Source: Squalus acanthias
Taxonomy: Eukaryota
Length of the DNA stretch: 64,000 nt
Direction: 5' to 3'
Assembly: GCA_030390025.1 (NCBI GenBank)
Contig: CM059431.1
Span: 98,396,001 to 98,460,000, forward strand
Shown: positions 24,096-35,751 of the stretch, piece by piece
How positions within the stretch are numbered: the first letter of the stretch is position 1
How the letters are laid out: the number at the start of each line of letters is the position of its first letter
Position numbers and translations under genes: made by a program
Notes under the pieces: generated by a model
Databases searched by the model: none
What the model saw: only the letters and a program-made list of their open reading frames with translations
Told to the model about the DNA's origin: nothing

Positions 24096-24577
24096 TGTTA
24101 TCGAGGCTGGGATCTTTTAGGTCCACTCCATGTCTGGTCATTCTGTGGTGCAGTACATTGGAACATCAATGGGTAATTGCCACTGCACTACCTAATGCTA
24201 TTTGTAGATCTACAGCAAGCAACGCTACTGATTATCTCTTAGTATTGTGCAGGTGAGCTAAAGGCTATAAACAAAACCCAACGCGGCCAGGTTTGTAAGC
24301 GCGCGACCTCCTTTATTTCAAATCACAACATCTCTGCCATCCTATAATTTTCTCTCTCAGGCTTATAATGGTTTGAGTCAAGAAATAAGTGAATGACAGA
24401 GGACACGGTTATGAAATGTCGGTGCTGGTGGGGAGCTGCATATCGGGCACATTGGAGTGTGCCGGAATTTCCGATGTGTGCTTTCGGTGGGTGAGGCTAT
24501 GCATCGGCACCAAATTCCCATAAAATTAGCCCTCACGCTCCAGCAACGAGGCAGAGGAGATGGTAGCAATTTCCTTT

Positions 24578-24831
24578 GCTCCACCATTGGTGGCCGTCCC
24601 TTCAGATGCCGAGGCCCTAACCTCTGGAATTCCCTCCCTAAACCTCTCCACCTCTCTCTCCTCCTTTAGGACGCTCCTTAAAACCTACCTCTTTGACCAA
24701 GCTTTTGGTCACTTGTCCTAATATCTCCTTATGTGGCTCGGTGCCAAATTTCTGTCTGATAATCGCTCCTGTGAAGCGCCTTGGGACGTTTTACTACATT
24801 AAAGGCGCTCTATAAATACAAGTTGTTGTTA
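24578..24831 (+). mobile_element. L2-like LINE 3' end
   Basis: LWNSLP ORF2 end, UTR ending aaggcgctctataaatacaagttgttgtt. Confidence 0.75.
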
Positions 24832-24859
24832 ACAATATGCATTTATTTTGTTGTTCCAG

Positions 24860-24895
24860 GGTCCCCCAGGTATCCCTGGCCTTCCAGGACCAAAG
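24860..24895 (+). CDS. COL4A5: COL4A5 exon 11 (36 bp) GPPGIPGLPGPK
   Basis: AG/GT, Gly-X-Y. Confidence 0.95.
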
Positions 24896-24984
24896 GTAAA
24901 CTATTCCATTCAGTCACAGGATTGATATTACTGAACCTCATGGTTGACCAGCTCAAATCATTCCTTTCTTTCTTTTGTCAACAG

Positions 24985-25026
24985 GGAAATATGGGGGTGC
25001 AGTTTTATGGACCAAAGGGTCAGAAG
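24985..25026 (+). CDS. COL4A5: COL4A5 exon 12 (42 bp) GNMGVQFYGPKGQK
   Basis: Matches human alpha5 GNMGLNFQGPKGEK; AG/GT. Confidence 0.95.
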
Positions 25027-25232
25027 GTGAGAAGTCATCAACCCCAAATGTATTTAGATTCTCTTTACAAACAAGCTGATTTATCCAATTAAACACAAAT
25101 TAATATGCATCAATCAATCTAGATACTATTAAAAAGCTCGTGCATGCCAGTACTTCCTGTTCAACGTCCTGTTGTAACTATTTTTGGTCACACTCTTATG
25201 CCAACATTTAATAGTGAATCTGTTGTAGATGG

Positions 25233-25853
25233 AGTTTATTACAAGAGGATTTGAATATAAGAGTAAAGACATCTTACTGCAATTATATAGGGCCCTGGTG
25301 AGACCACACCTGGAGTATTGTGCACAGTTTTGGTCTCCTTACCTAAGGAAAGATATACTTGCCATAGAGGGAGTGCAACGAAGGTTCACCAGTCTGGTTC
25401 CTGGGATGGGGAGATTGTCCTATGAGGAGAGATTGAGTAGACTCGGCCTCTACTCTCTAGGGTTTAGAAGAATGAGAGGTGATCTCATTGTAACATACTA
25501 AATTCTTACAGGGCTTGACAGGGTAGATGCTGGGAGGATGTTTTCCCCTGGCTGCGGAGTCTAGAACCAGGAGTCACAGTCTCAGAATGAGGGGTCGGCC
25601 ATTTAGGACTGAGATGAGGAGAAATTTCTTCACTCAGAGGGTGGTGAATCTTTGGAATTCTCTACCCCAGAGGGCTGTGGAGGCTCAGTCGTTGAGTATA
25701 TTCAAGACAGAGATCGATAGATTTTTGAATATTAAGGGAATCAAGGGATATGGGGATAGTGCAGGAAAGTGGAGTTGAGGTAGAAGATCAGCCATGATCT
25801 TATTGAATGGCAGAGCAGGCTCGAGGGGCCTAATGGCCGACTCCTGCTCCTAT
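25233..25853 (+). mobile_element. CR1 LINE 3' fragment
   Basis: LYRALVRPHLEYCAQFWSP...WNSLPQ, in-frame stop, 3' UTR. Confidence 0.92.
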
Positions 25854-26703
25854 GTAAACAGTTGAATGTAACGATCTAGCTGCAGCATCTGGCCAGTGGA
25901 TGATGCTATCTGAAGTCTCTCATAGAATCATAGAATCATAAAATTATAGAATCATAGAATCATAGAATGGTTACAGCACAGAAGGAGGCCATTTGGCCCG
26001 TCGAGCTCATGCCAGAGAGTTTCTCCCAATACTGCCACCATCCCTTTTCTTTTAATCCCTTCTCAGGATGTGGGCGTCGCTGGCAAGGCCGGCATTTATT
26101 GCCCGTCCCCCAGTTGCCCGTGAGAAGATGATGGTGGGCCTTCTGCTTCAACCTGGATATGAAAGGAACATATTCATCAAACAACTGTGGGCAACACCAG
26201 GGCAATATACTAGAGCAGTCAATCTCCCGGGGTGTTGTACATGGGTAGTCAAGGACATGCGAGGTTAGAGAGTGGGAGATAGTTAGGCGGGGATGCAGAC
26301 GTGACTCATTCCCCATTTTAAAGTTATACATTCTGTCCATGTTCTTTTATTTTCATTATAAATACTTATGTCAACATTTATAATGGGAAATGCCTATGTA
26401 AACTCGTCACACTGTAATTCTATCATTCTGTGCTGCAGCGCCACCACTGGAGCGAGGTGTAATTAGAGCACCTAACAGAAACTTGGGGGAATGTCCTCCA
26501 AGCAATTTTCTGCCCATTATAAAAATTGTGGAACATTGTTGGCGGGGTTGGAGTGGTGTGGGGCGAGGGGGAGGGGACGGGGAGGGGAGGATTTCTCAAA
26601 TTCCCGATATGAGCTCCCGATGGTTAAGGCTCTGTGTCGGGAGCTGCACTGTGTGCGGACAGAATTAGTTATTCTGATGTACATGTTATTTGTATTTTCA
26701 CAG

Positions 26704-26793
26704 GGTGAGCAAGGTGTGCGAGGACCTCCGGGAGCGCCTGGTCCAGGAGAGCATACCAGCAGCCCAGAAACAAAAGTCCAGAAAGGAGAAAAG
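26704..26793 (+). CDS. COL4A5: COL4A5 exon 13 (90 bp) GEQGVRG...ETKVQKGEK
   Basis: AG/GT; interruption ending QKG as in human. Confidence 0.95.
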
Positions 26794-27096
26794 GTTTGTT
26801 CGAAAGTTGCTTCTTTGGATCATTTTGTTACTTTCTTTTCTGAGACGGTCAAATCCAGATCAGAGCTTACCTCATAACTTGGGAGTCATCAAAACTGGTG
26901 TGATTCATTTCTAGCTAGAGCTGTTTACAAGTAAAGCTTTCCACTGCACAAATCAATGCCATTATCTCCCCAGGGAGCCTGTTCCATAGATTGACCACTC
27001 ACTCACTGAAATATTGGTCCGGAGGTTCCTGAAACAATAATGCTGTGTTAACGTAAATCGGCCAGCAAGTTCAGGGGATGAAGAGACACACCATGA

Positions 27097-27857
27097 GCGT
27101 CTGTCTGAGGCTGAACCAGACTGTTCGCAACCTTGGTGTCATATTTGACCCCAAGATTCGCTTCCAACCACATATCCGCGCCATCACTAAGACCGCCTAT
27201 TTCCACCGCCGTAACATCACTCAACTCTGCCCTGCCTCAGCTCATCCACTGCTGAAACCCTCATCCATGCTTTTGTTACCTCTAGACTTGACTATTCCAA
27301 CACACTCCTGGCTGGCCTCCCACATTCCACCCTACGTAAACTTGAGGTCATCCAAAACTCAGCTGCCTGTGTCCAATTCGCACCAAGTCCCGTTCACCCA
27401 TCACCCCTGTGCTCGCTGGCCTACATTGGCTCCTGGTTAAGCAACGCCTTGATTTCAAAATTCTCATCCTTGTTTTCAAACCCCTCCATGGCCTCGCCTC
27501 GCCCCTCCCTATCTCTGTAATCTCCTTCAACCCCACAAACCCCCGAGATCTCTGTGCTCCTCCAATTCTGGCCTCTTGAGCATCCCTGATTTTAATCGCT
27601 CCATCATTGGCGGCCATGCCTTCAGCTGCCTGGGCCCTAAGCTCTGGAATTCCCTCACTGAACCTCTCCGCCTCTCTCTCCTCCTTTAAAACGCTCCTTA
27701 AAACCGACCTCTTTGATCAGGCTTTTGGTCACCTGCCCTAATATCTCATTATGTGGCTCGGTGTCGAATTTTGTCTGATAATCACTCCTGTGAAGCGCCT
27801 TGGGACGTTTTACTATGTTAAAGGCGCTGTATAAATACAAGTTGTTGTTGTTGTTGT
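27097..27857 (+). mobile_element. L2-like LINE 3' fragment
   Basis: VRNLGVIFDP ORF2 motif, frameshifted, (TTG)n tail. Confidence 0.82.
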
Positions 27858-28502
27858 GAGTTGCAAATCTCCAGAACTCGCTGGTGGATTTACGTCGCTC
27901 CGCTGTTTGATTCGCACAAATGGCATCTCGCCCTCAGCCTCCCCGTTATTTTTAAGAACTTGCTGGATTTGCACATTAATTACCCCTTAAATTCGCCACA
28001 GAAAGTTAGAGCTGGTAATTAACGGCATAAGGACCCTTTTAATGAGGAGATTTATGATCCTGCAATGTCGCTCAACCTCTCTGGCCCAGAAAGGGAACAA
28101 TTGAAACTGGGGAGTCTCATTCCTGCAGGTAGTCAATTATTCTTCGAGATTTAAAAAAAAATTAATTTAAAAAATGTTCTTACATTTTCTTTCTGTCCCT
28201 TTTTTTCTCTCTCTCTTAATCCAATCTTTCCCTCTCTTTATTTCTCTCTCTCTACCTGATTTGACTCTAATTCGCCCGATTTCCTTCTCCGTCGTTCCTC
28301 TGTTTCTTTCTCAATCCTTTAATCTCATTGGTTAAGGAGATCGACTGTTGGTCCCGTCGTTCACTGAGGTCGCTCGCTGCGCATTTATCACTTCGCACTC
28401 CCAGCGAGTTACAGGACACAACATTTTTGAGCTGAAGGGCGAGGGGAAAGGTCTATCTAACCGGGCATGCCACGAGATGCCCCACTCCAGCAAGATCTGG
28501 TC

Positions 28503-28700
28503 TAATGTTTCCGCAGATTAGTTTTGAATTTCCCTCCTTCAAGTGCAGGCCGTGTCCTCTGGTTCTGCTGTTCTGGGCACGATGAAACAGCTCGTCACGG
28601 TCGACGTTATCCAGTCCCTTTAGAATCCTAAAAATAGCAATCAGATCACCTCCCAACCTTCTCTTTCCCCGTGAGAACATGCCCAATTTATATAATCGCT
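28503..28700 (-). mobile_element. CR1 ORF2 fragment
   Basis: FEERLYKLGMFS...RRLGGDLIAIFRILKG...RTRGH. Confidence 0.75.
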
Positions 28701-28964
28701 CCTCAAACCTTGTTATTTCCTCTCCAGTTGGGAGAGAGGGAATGGTGTGTATTTCCAAGCTTTCTCAGCTGTCCCTCGCTCCCAGTTCCTGATCAGTGGA
28801 AATATTATCCTCTCTCCTGTTGTGACCCTGACTGCCCTGTTCTATTAGATGCGCACAATGTAATTCACCAATAATGACAGGAGTGAGGAGAGGCTGTCTT
28901 GTATTACACAGAAGGCTGGGATTACGAGCTGGCACCTTCCAGCCAGGAGCCGCTATCGCTACAG

Positions 28965-29461
28965 GAAAACTCTGCTGTCCGTGTCCCAACTCGCACCAAG
29001 TCCCGTCACCCATCACCCCGTGAGCTCACTGACCTTCATTGGCTCCTGGCCCGGCAATGCCTCGAATTTAAAATTCTCATCCTTGTTTTCAAATCCCTCC
29101 GTGGCCTCGCCCCTCCCTATCTCTGTAACCTCCTCCAGCCCCACAACTCCCCGAGATCTCTGCGCTCTTCCAATTCTGGCCTCTTCAGCATCCCTGATTT
29201 TAATCGCTCCACCATTGGCGGCCGTGCCTTCTGTTGCCTGGGCCCTAAGCTCTGGAATTCCCTCCCTAAACCCCTCCGCCTCTCTACCTCTCTCTCCTCC
29301 TTTAAGACGCTCCTTAAAACCGACCTCTTTGACCAAGCTTTTGGTCTCCTGTCCTAATATCTCCTTATGTGGCTCAGTGTCAGGTTTTGTTTGCTAATCG
29401 CTCCTGTGAAGCAGCTTCAGACATTTTACTACATTAAAGGCGCTATATAAATGCAAGCTGT
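28965..29461 (+). mobile_element. L2-like LINE 3' fragment
   Basis: LHWLL...FKILILVFK...LWNSLP...FKTLLKT; nearly colinear with the 27097 copy. Confidence 0.85.
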
Positions 29462-29529
29462 TATAGTAATAAATATATTTTTTAAAGACACAAATACTGA
29501 TAACGTCCTTCTAACTGATTTATTTTCAG

Positions 29530-29583
29530 GGTCAAAAAGGAGATCACGGCCTACCGGGAGCAAAGGGTTTTCCTGGTAGCCCT
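29530..29583 (+). CDS. COL4A5: COL4A5 exon 14 (54 bp)
   Basis: GQKGDHGLPGAKGFPGSP; AG/GT. Confidence 0.95.
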
Positions 29584-29800
29584 GTAAGTATTACGATTAC
29601 ACTGCTCTACTCATCTATTATTGTCTGAAAAATCTTGTGTATATGTGCACCTCCTACCAACAAACTTCAGATCCTGTTGTCACGATTTTTGTTCATGCTT
29701 TTTACGTCAACATTTAGCAATGAAAACACCATTTGAATCAGTTATAATGGGAATTTACTATGTAAACAGGTTTCTGTGACGCTGGGGTTGCAGGCTGCGG

Positions 29801-29814
29801 CCACTAGGTGGTGC
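29801..29814 (+). promoter_or_regulatory. Candidate CTCF site
   Basis: CCACTAGGTGGTGC is close to the CTCF core consensus, with an upstream TGCAG. Motif match only. Confidence 0.4.
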
Positions 29815-30342
29815 TGTAGCTCCACCGTGTCCTTTACCACTGCATCCTCTGCCACACTGTGAGCAATGCCAAGGAAGATCGATTAGTAGAGAGCGACGAT
29901 TATTTAGCGAATTGTCCACACTTCCCCTCCCCTCCCCCTCCCCCAGTACTCTGAGGAACCTGAGGGAGCTCCTTGCTATAAGTGTCCCCTTTACATGTAC
30001 AGATCCTCCAGTAATCTCACCTAAGATAAGTCGGAGGCAGCGTGTTGGGGATTTTCCGATACCTGCTGTCGGCCTCTAACATCCTGTGGGATCTTGGAAT
30101 GTTTCCCGAGATGGTTCTGGAGGCACAGCCCTGGGTGGAGGGGTGTGGGTCTGGAGTCTCTGACAGTGCTGGGGGCCACTGCTCAGTGCAGTTTGCTGAC
30201 CCTCCCTCAGGCTGTGTCCTGCGAGGTGAACTTTACCCTCGATCCAAGAGCAGATTGGGCAACTGAGTAAAAGTTACCTCAGTTGTCCAGTCAAGAGAGC
30301 GAGGTGACCGAGCCGCTTGGTGTCAGGGCTGTATTGGAATCC

Positions 30343-30592
30343 GTACGAGCAATGACGGACAGGTAAAGACTCTCTGATCCATCCAGCCTGTCCCACACAA
30401 TGGCCATGTCTTGTGTATCACAATATATACACGCCCCACCCCACCCAAAACCATGGGATCCCCTGGGAGAGGCGAAAAACCAGATTAAAAATCTCAGGCC
30501 AAATTGGGAGAAAAGAGATCTGGGAAATTCCTCTCTGACCCCCACCCCCTTAGGTGATGGAAACTAGTCCAGGGGATCACTCTGGCCCTGCA
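30343..30592. mobile_element. Unclassified interspersed repeat
   Basis: Homologous in reverse orientation to 3250-3365 and partly to 38690-38810. Confidence 0.55.
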
Positions 30593-31210
30593 GTACCTAC
30601 TTCTTGTACAAGGTGATCGTCTCCCCAGCCAGAAACAGCCCAGCTCTCGCTTTGAAGGCATTGATTAAGACGAGTATGAGACAAGAACTCATTGGCCCTC
30701 TCTCTAATTTCCACTCCTCCACCATGGGAAGAGTCACATTGCTGCTCAATACATTCTCTGAGCACAGGGACAAGGCTGGATCAAGCCCACCATGCTCAGT
30801 CTGTGTTTAGGACCGTGCCATGGAGCCACCTGAAGGATTATTTTGCCTCCATGTCTTGGCCGATCTCTAAATAAACGTCAGAACAGCAAGTGATGATAGG
30901 ACAAAGATATAATCATCTGGATACATTTTGGGAGTGAGTGCTCCCAGCAGAGAGCTTCTGGTGACGGGGACTCGTATCAGGAATTCAGGACCAGAGCTCC
31001 CCAGACCTGTCTAGTGCATTGATTTTCAAACCATTTATTCTATAATGGATGAAGTGTGCAGTGAATCGCGCACTGACCCCCATGCCTGAATTGCCGATAT
31101 GTGCTCCGGTCATTACAAAGCTTTGCGTTGGGAGCCTGCATCCCATGGGGTGGTGTAGAAGTAACAGTAGCTGTTTGATTGAGATGCTTAACCAACAATC
31201 TCCACCATTA

Positions 31211-31413
31211 ATAAAAACAGAAAATGCTGGAAACACTCAGCAGGTCAGGCAGCAACTGCGGAGAGAGAAACAGAGTTAACAATTCTGACGAAGGGTCATC
31301 GACCTGAAACGTTAACTCTGATTCTCTCTCCACAGATGCTGCTTGACCTGCTGAGTGTTTCCAGCATTCTCTGTTTTTATTTCAGATTTCCAGCACCCGC
31401 AGTATTTTGCTTT
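31211..31413. mobile_element. Palindromic Penelope-derived-type element with hammerhead-like core in the loop
   Basis: Arms 31211-31280 and 31311-31380 are reverse complements; CTGACGA...GAAAC core at 31285-31310. Confidence 0.65.
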
Positions 31414-32163
31414 AGTCACAACCATTAATCAAGCTTCTTCGAAAGTGAGCACGAGAGAATTTCCCAGACACCATGAGTGCTTGGGATAATGTAATGGTAA
31501 ATTCAACAATCTCACAATCAATGTATCCTCTCATTTTTTTTCCCGTGTGCGTTCCCTTTAAATTTGCTGCGCGTTATCTTCCAGCGGCCACAGCTTGTGA
31601 GCGGCCTGCGCGGGACCTCCCAATCGATGCGTGGCCGCACGCTCGCACACCTTGTTGCTCATAATCCCAGCAAGCACTTCGAGAATGGGCTCCACAGTGC
31701 TGTTGCACTATCTCCCACTCACGTTCCCTTCGACTGAGGCTCCCAGCTTGGGATCACTGAATTTGCTGTGTAATTTTGCAGTATGAAAGAGTGGGCTAAT
31801 TTGCTCACAGGTTGTGCGCGTGTCACTGAGAGTTCTTGACTGAATGGCCAGTGCCTTGACTCAAAAAAAAGACCAACCATTTAGTTTGAAATGATGTTCA
31901 TCAACACAATCACCATGGCCTGAGCTTTAATGCGAAAACCAAATCTGCCTCCACCGGAACACGCCAGTATTTCTTGTTATGAGATGTGAACGCGGTCAAT
32001 CGCCAACACACACACACTGAAAACAATGCAACATTTAAAAGACTCTTTAAAAAAAGGGGTTTGCAAAATGAAACTCCCAAAAGGCGAGCACGTTCTTCGA
32101 GAGTCTTGGTTGTCCAATTTTGTAAATGTTACTGACCTCAAGTGACTATTTCTACATCTACAG

Positions 32164-32223
32164 GGACATTCTAGTATCGGAATGAACGGTGACAAAGGAG
32201 AGCTGGGAGAACCTGGGAAACGC
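32164..32223 (+). CDS. COL4A5: COL4A5 exon 15 (60 bp) GHSSIGMNGDKGELGEPGKR
   Basis: AG/GT; ends GEPGKR as in human alpha5. Confidence 0.93.
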
Positions 32224-32261
32224 GTGAGTATGGTGCAGCGTGGTTATTTATTGTTTAATTC

Positions 32262-32535
32262 ATTCTGGGGATGTGGGCGTCGCTGGCAATGCTGGCATTT
32301 ATTGCCCATCCTTAGTTGCCCTGAGACGGTGGTGGTCGGCCTTCTCCTGCAGCAGTTTGATACAAACTGAATGTCTCGCTCGGCCACTGCAGAGGGCAGT
32401 TTAGTGTCAGCCACGTTGGGTGGGTCTGGAGTCACATATCGGCCAGACCGGGTAAGGACGGCAGATTTCCTTCTCTAAAGGACATTAGTGAACCAGTTGG
32501 GTTTTTACGACAATCCAACAGCTTCACGGTCAGTT
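32262..32535. mobile_element. Unclassified retroposon-like repeat
   Basis: gggatgtgggcgtcgctggc...atttattgcccatcc is also present at 26065-26150 and in reverse at 41170-41375. Confidence 0.6.
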
Positions 32536-32859
32536 TTTCTGTTCCCTCTGGGAGCTCCGCCCTAAACTGGGAGCACCAGATTCCAGGAACAGCCCTTGGG
32601 AAAGTTGAGGGTAGAGTTGACAAGTCTGGTTTTCCAGGCTCAGATTCAGCAACTTGACCCCGAAGGATGGAAAATCCTACCGGAGCCCGAACCTCCCTCC
32701 CAATCCATAAAACCACCCCTTTGTGAAAATGCTCGTAAAGTTCTCCCTTTGCTGATTGTTCGACAATGGTGCAGAAAGCGTTTGTGCCCTAAGAATTGGC
32801 CGCCTGTTTCTTTGACGCAGTTTTGTACCTAAAGCAATGTCGTTTAACCAACTTCACAG

Positions 32860-32904
32860 GGTAAACCTGGCAAAGACGGTGATCCAGGATTCCCAGGACG
32901 TGAC
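32860..32904 (+). CDS. COL4A5: COL4A5 exon 16 (45 bp) GKPGKDGDPGFPGRD
   Basis: AG/GT; conserved GKPGKDG. Confidence 0.95.
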
Positions 32905-33436
32905 GTAAGTACTTTTTGTATCGTAACCTGATCGCAGCCTCTCATCAGACCCAAGTTCTAGACTAACCCATAACGCCTACAGACTGACTGTGTTCACTGG
33001 AACTGAAACCATCAGCCCTGCACCCAACGGGCCTGCCCATTAAGGCCCTTTGATCCTGGTGTTCAGGGGAATGTTTGTGCTACCAGTTCCCGGTAACCTG
33101 GGTCTTCCCAGCGGCAGGACTGAGCGAGTCGAGAGGTTTGCATTAGTGTCATCACCAGCTGAGTGAAACACTCGCTTCGAGAACCAAGAGCGTAAAGCCC
33201 TGCCCCAACAGACGTCAGCGTAGAAGGGTCTTATTCTGCACCAGCCAGCCAAGTGTTGGCGGCAGTTTAAGAGTGAGGTGGGCAGGAGCTGTGGTACATT
33301 GTGGGTCTAGGCAGGGAGATAGGGAACATGTTCTCAAACACACGCAGAGTGCTCCTGACAGACTCCAACCACAGCTGATGTCTTTAATGACTGAACTAAT
33401 CCACCAAAGCTAAAGTTCACGAGGCAATTAGATATT

Positions 33437-34230
33437 GGGCTGGATTTTGCCGGGTCCCACCGGGAACCCGGGAGACGGCGGGAAACCCAGAAGTTCGGGA
33501 TTCCCGGCACCCTGTGGAGTTTTAACTCCAGTGTGTGTGCGCGCAACATCAGGGGCGAGTTCCCCGCCCGGAAGTCAGCTTGATTAACAGGCTGTCTTCC
33601 ACTCGGCGGGGAACGCGGACAGGGCGGTCACAGGACCAGGTAGGTGCTGGCCCAGGATGGGGGTGGTGTGGGGAGTCTAAGCTCGGGGGGGGGTCCGATC
33701 CCCTGACCCCCGACCCCCGACCCCGGGGCCAAGTCGAGCTCCTGGGGGGGATGTTCCAGGCCGGGAGGGAGGGTCCGATCCCAGGGGGGGGTCCGATCCC
33801 CGACCCCGACCCCTGACCCCCCCGACCCCGGGGCCGGGTCGAGCTCCTGGGGGGGATGTTCCAGGCCGGGAGGGAGGGTCCGATCCCGGGGGTGGGGGGT
33901 CCGAACCCTGACCCTGTGGAGGGCCAGGCTGATGCTGGTGGAGCTTGGGGTGCTGGGAGGAAGCACTCCTGCTCCTCCCGGCCCACAAGCATTGCTCCCC
34001 GAGCCTGAGGCCCCCCGAGCTCCAGAATCCCCGGCCACCTGAAGTGAAATCTGCAAAGCAGGTTAAAGCAGAGGCTTCAGGCCTCATTATAATATTTAAA
34101 TGACCAACCCGCCTCCTGAGTTAAAGGTGAAAGTGGGCGGGTTGGGGTCGGAGGGGGTTCACGTTTTTTCAACTGTCACTCCCCCCCCACGGCTCCAACC
34201 CGCCCACTCTTACCTCAGAAAATTCCGGCC
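33437..34230. mobile_element. GC-rich Harbinger-like MITE with an internal duplication of about 100 bp
   Basis: GGGCTGGATTTT...AAAATTCCGGCC termini; ATT(G) at both flanks. Confidence 0.65.
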
Positions 34231-34479
34231 ATTGTGCGGGGGAAGGGAGGTTACTGCGGCAGGCGATGGGGACACCTCACAATTCCGGCTGTTTCAATCC
34301 CCAAACATTGACTGGCAGCTTACCAAACCTTTAGAAACACCTGCTTCACAATGTTCTGACTTCTGTGGATTGGACTTAGTTGTTGGCGAAAAAAATCAAT
34401 TTCAAAGATGTTTCTGGAACTTTATGTCGGCTGTTGATGAACAGGGAGAAAATTATTCTTTGTTTTGTTTAACTTACAG

Positions 34480-34533
34480 GGTCAATCAGGTTACCCAGGT
34501 GAACCAGGGTTCATCGGTCAGGATGGCCCCAAG
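34480..34533 (+). CDS. COL4A5: COL4A5 exon 17 (54 bp)
   Basis: GQSGYPGEPGFIGQDGPK; AG/GT. Confidence 0.95.
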
Positions 34534-34569
34534 GTAAAGAGTTTCATTTTAATTGACTTTTTCATCAAA

Positions 34570-35158
34570 TGAATGGATGGAGGGATGGAGAGAGAGATGG
34601 GTGGAGGGAGAGAGAGATCGAGGGATGGGTGGAGGGAGGGATAGATGAGTGAGTGGGTGGGGGGAGGGAGGCAGAGATGGGTGGAGAGAAGGAGGGAGGG
34701 AGGGATAGATGGATGGAATGAAGAGGTGGATGGGTGGATGAGTGGCGGGAGGGAAGGGAGGAGGGATGGATGGGTGGGTGAGAGAGGGAGGGAGAGATAG
34801 GTGGCGGGAGGGAGGGAGAGAGAGATCGAGGGATGGATGGGCGGAGGGAGGGAGGAATGGATGGGTGAGTGGGTGGAGGGAGGGAGAGAGAGATCGAGGG
34901 ATGGATGGGTGGAGGAAGGGAGGAATGGATGGATGAGTGGGTGGAGGGAGGGAGCGAGAGATCGAAGGATAGATGGGCGGAGGGAGGGAGGAATGGATGG
35001 GTGAGTGGGTGGAGGGAGGGAGAGAGAGATCGAAGGATAGATGGGCGGAGGGAGGGAGGAATGGATGGGTGAGTGGGTGGAGGGAGGGAGAGAGAGATCG
35101 AGGGATGGATGGGTGGAGGAAGGGAGGAATGGATGGGTGAGTGGGTGGAGGGTGGATG
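34570..35158. repeat. Purine-rich (GGA/GGAT) complex repeat, about 68-bp period
   Basis: gagagagatcgagggatggatggg...gaggaatggatgggtgagtgggtgga recurs. Confidence 0.9.
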
Positions 35159-35610
35159 GCTCCGTAGGTCGGTTTACGACGAGCATTCAGTGCTGCAGAA
35201 TATGGGAGAGAATTTCCATGGCGGCTACCCAATTTCGCGCCCTAACTTTTGCATGAGATAGCGGAAGCCCTGGGAGATTGGTGTAACGGCCATTTAGTCA
35301 GTTCTCTGGTGTTTCCGCCAAGGTTATGACAGGAGATCGGGAGAACCCTTCGGCAATTGCTGCCACATGTCTCCAGTGCTCATTCTCTCCTGGCCTCCCA
35401 TAGCTGGCTTGCCCAGGACTCTTACAGTCAGCACCAGAGGAGCAAGATTCAAATATTGGCCACAGAGAGAGACGATTAGATTTTCAACCCCCTGCACCAG
35501 CCAGTCTCTAAAACCGTCCCATTAATGTCTGACCGTCTGTAAATTAACTTCAGTTCCATTGTCCTACTTCGTGCTGCCTTGAAAATAACAGCCAGATATT
35601 CTTTCTCTAG

Positions 35611-35652
35611 GGAGAGAAAGGCAATCGTGGCATTGATGGTCCGCCTGGTGTT
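35611..35652 (+). CDS. COL4A5: COL4A5 exon 18 (42 bp) GEKGNRGIDGPPGV
   Basis: AG/GT, Gly-X-Y. Confidence 0.95.
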
Positions 35653-35751
35653 GTAAGTATTTGAAAACAAGCTCGGCAGTGGTAATTAGAATCTGTATTT
35701 AATGAGATTTTACCATCTAAAATGCTTCAGATTTCTGTTGGCAATATAATA

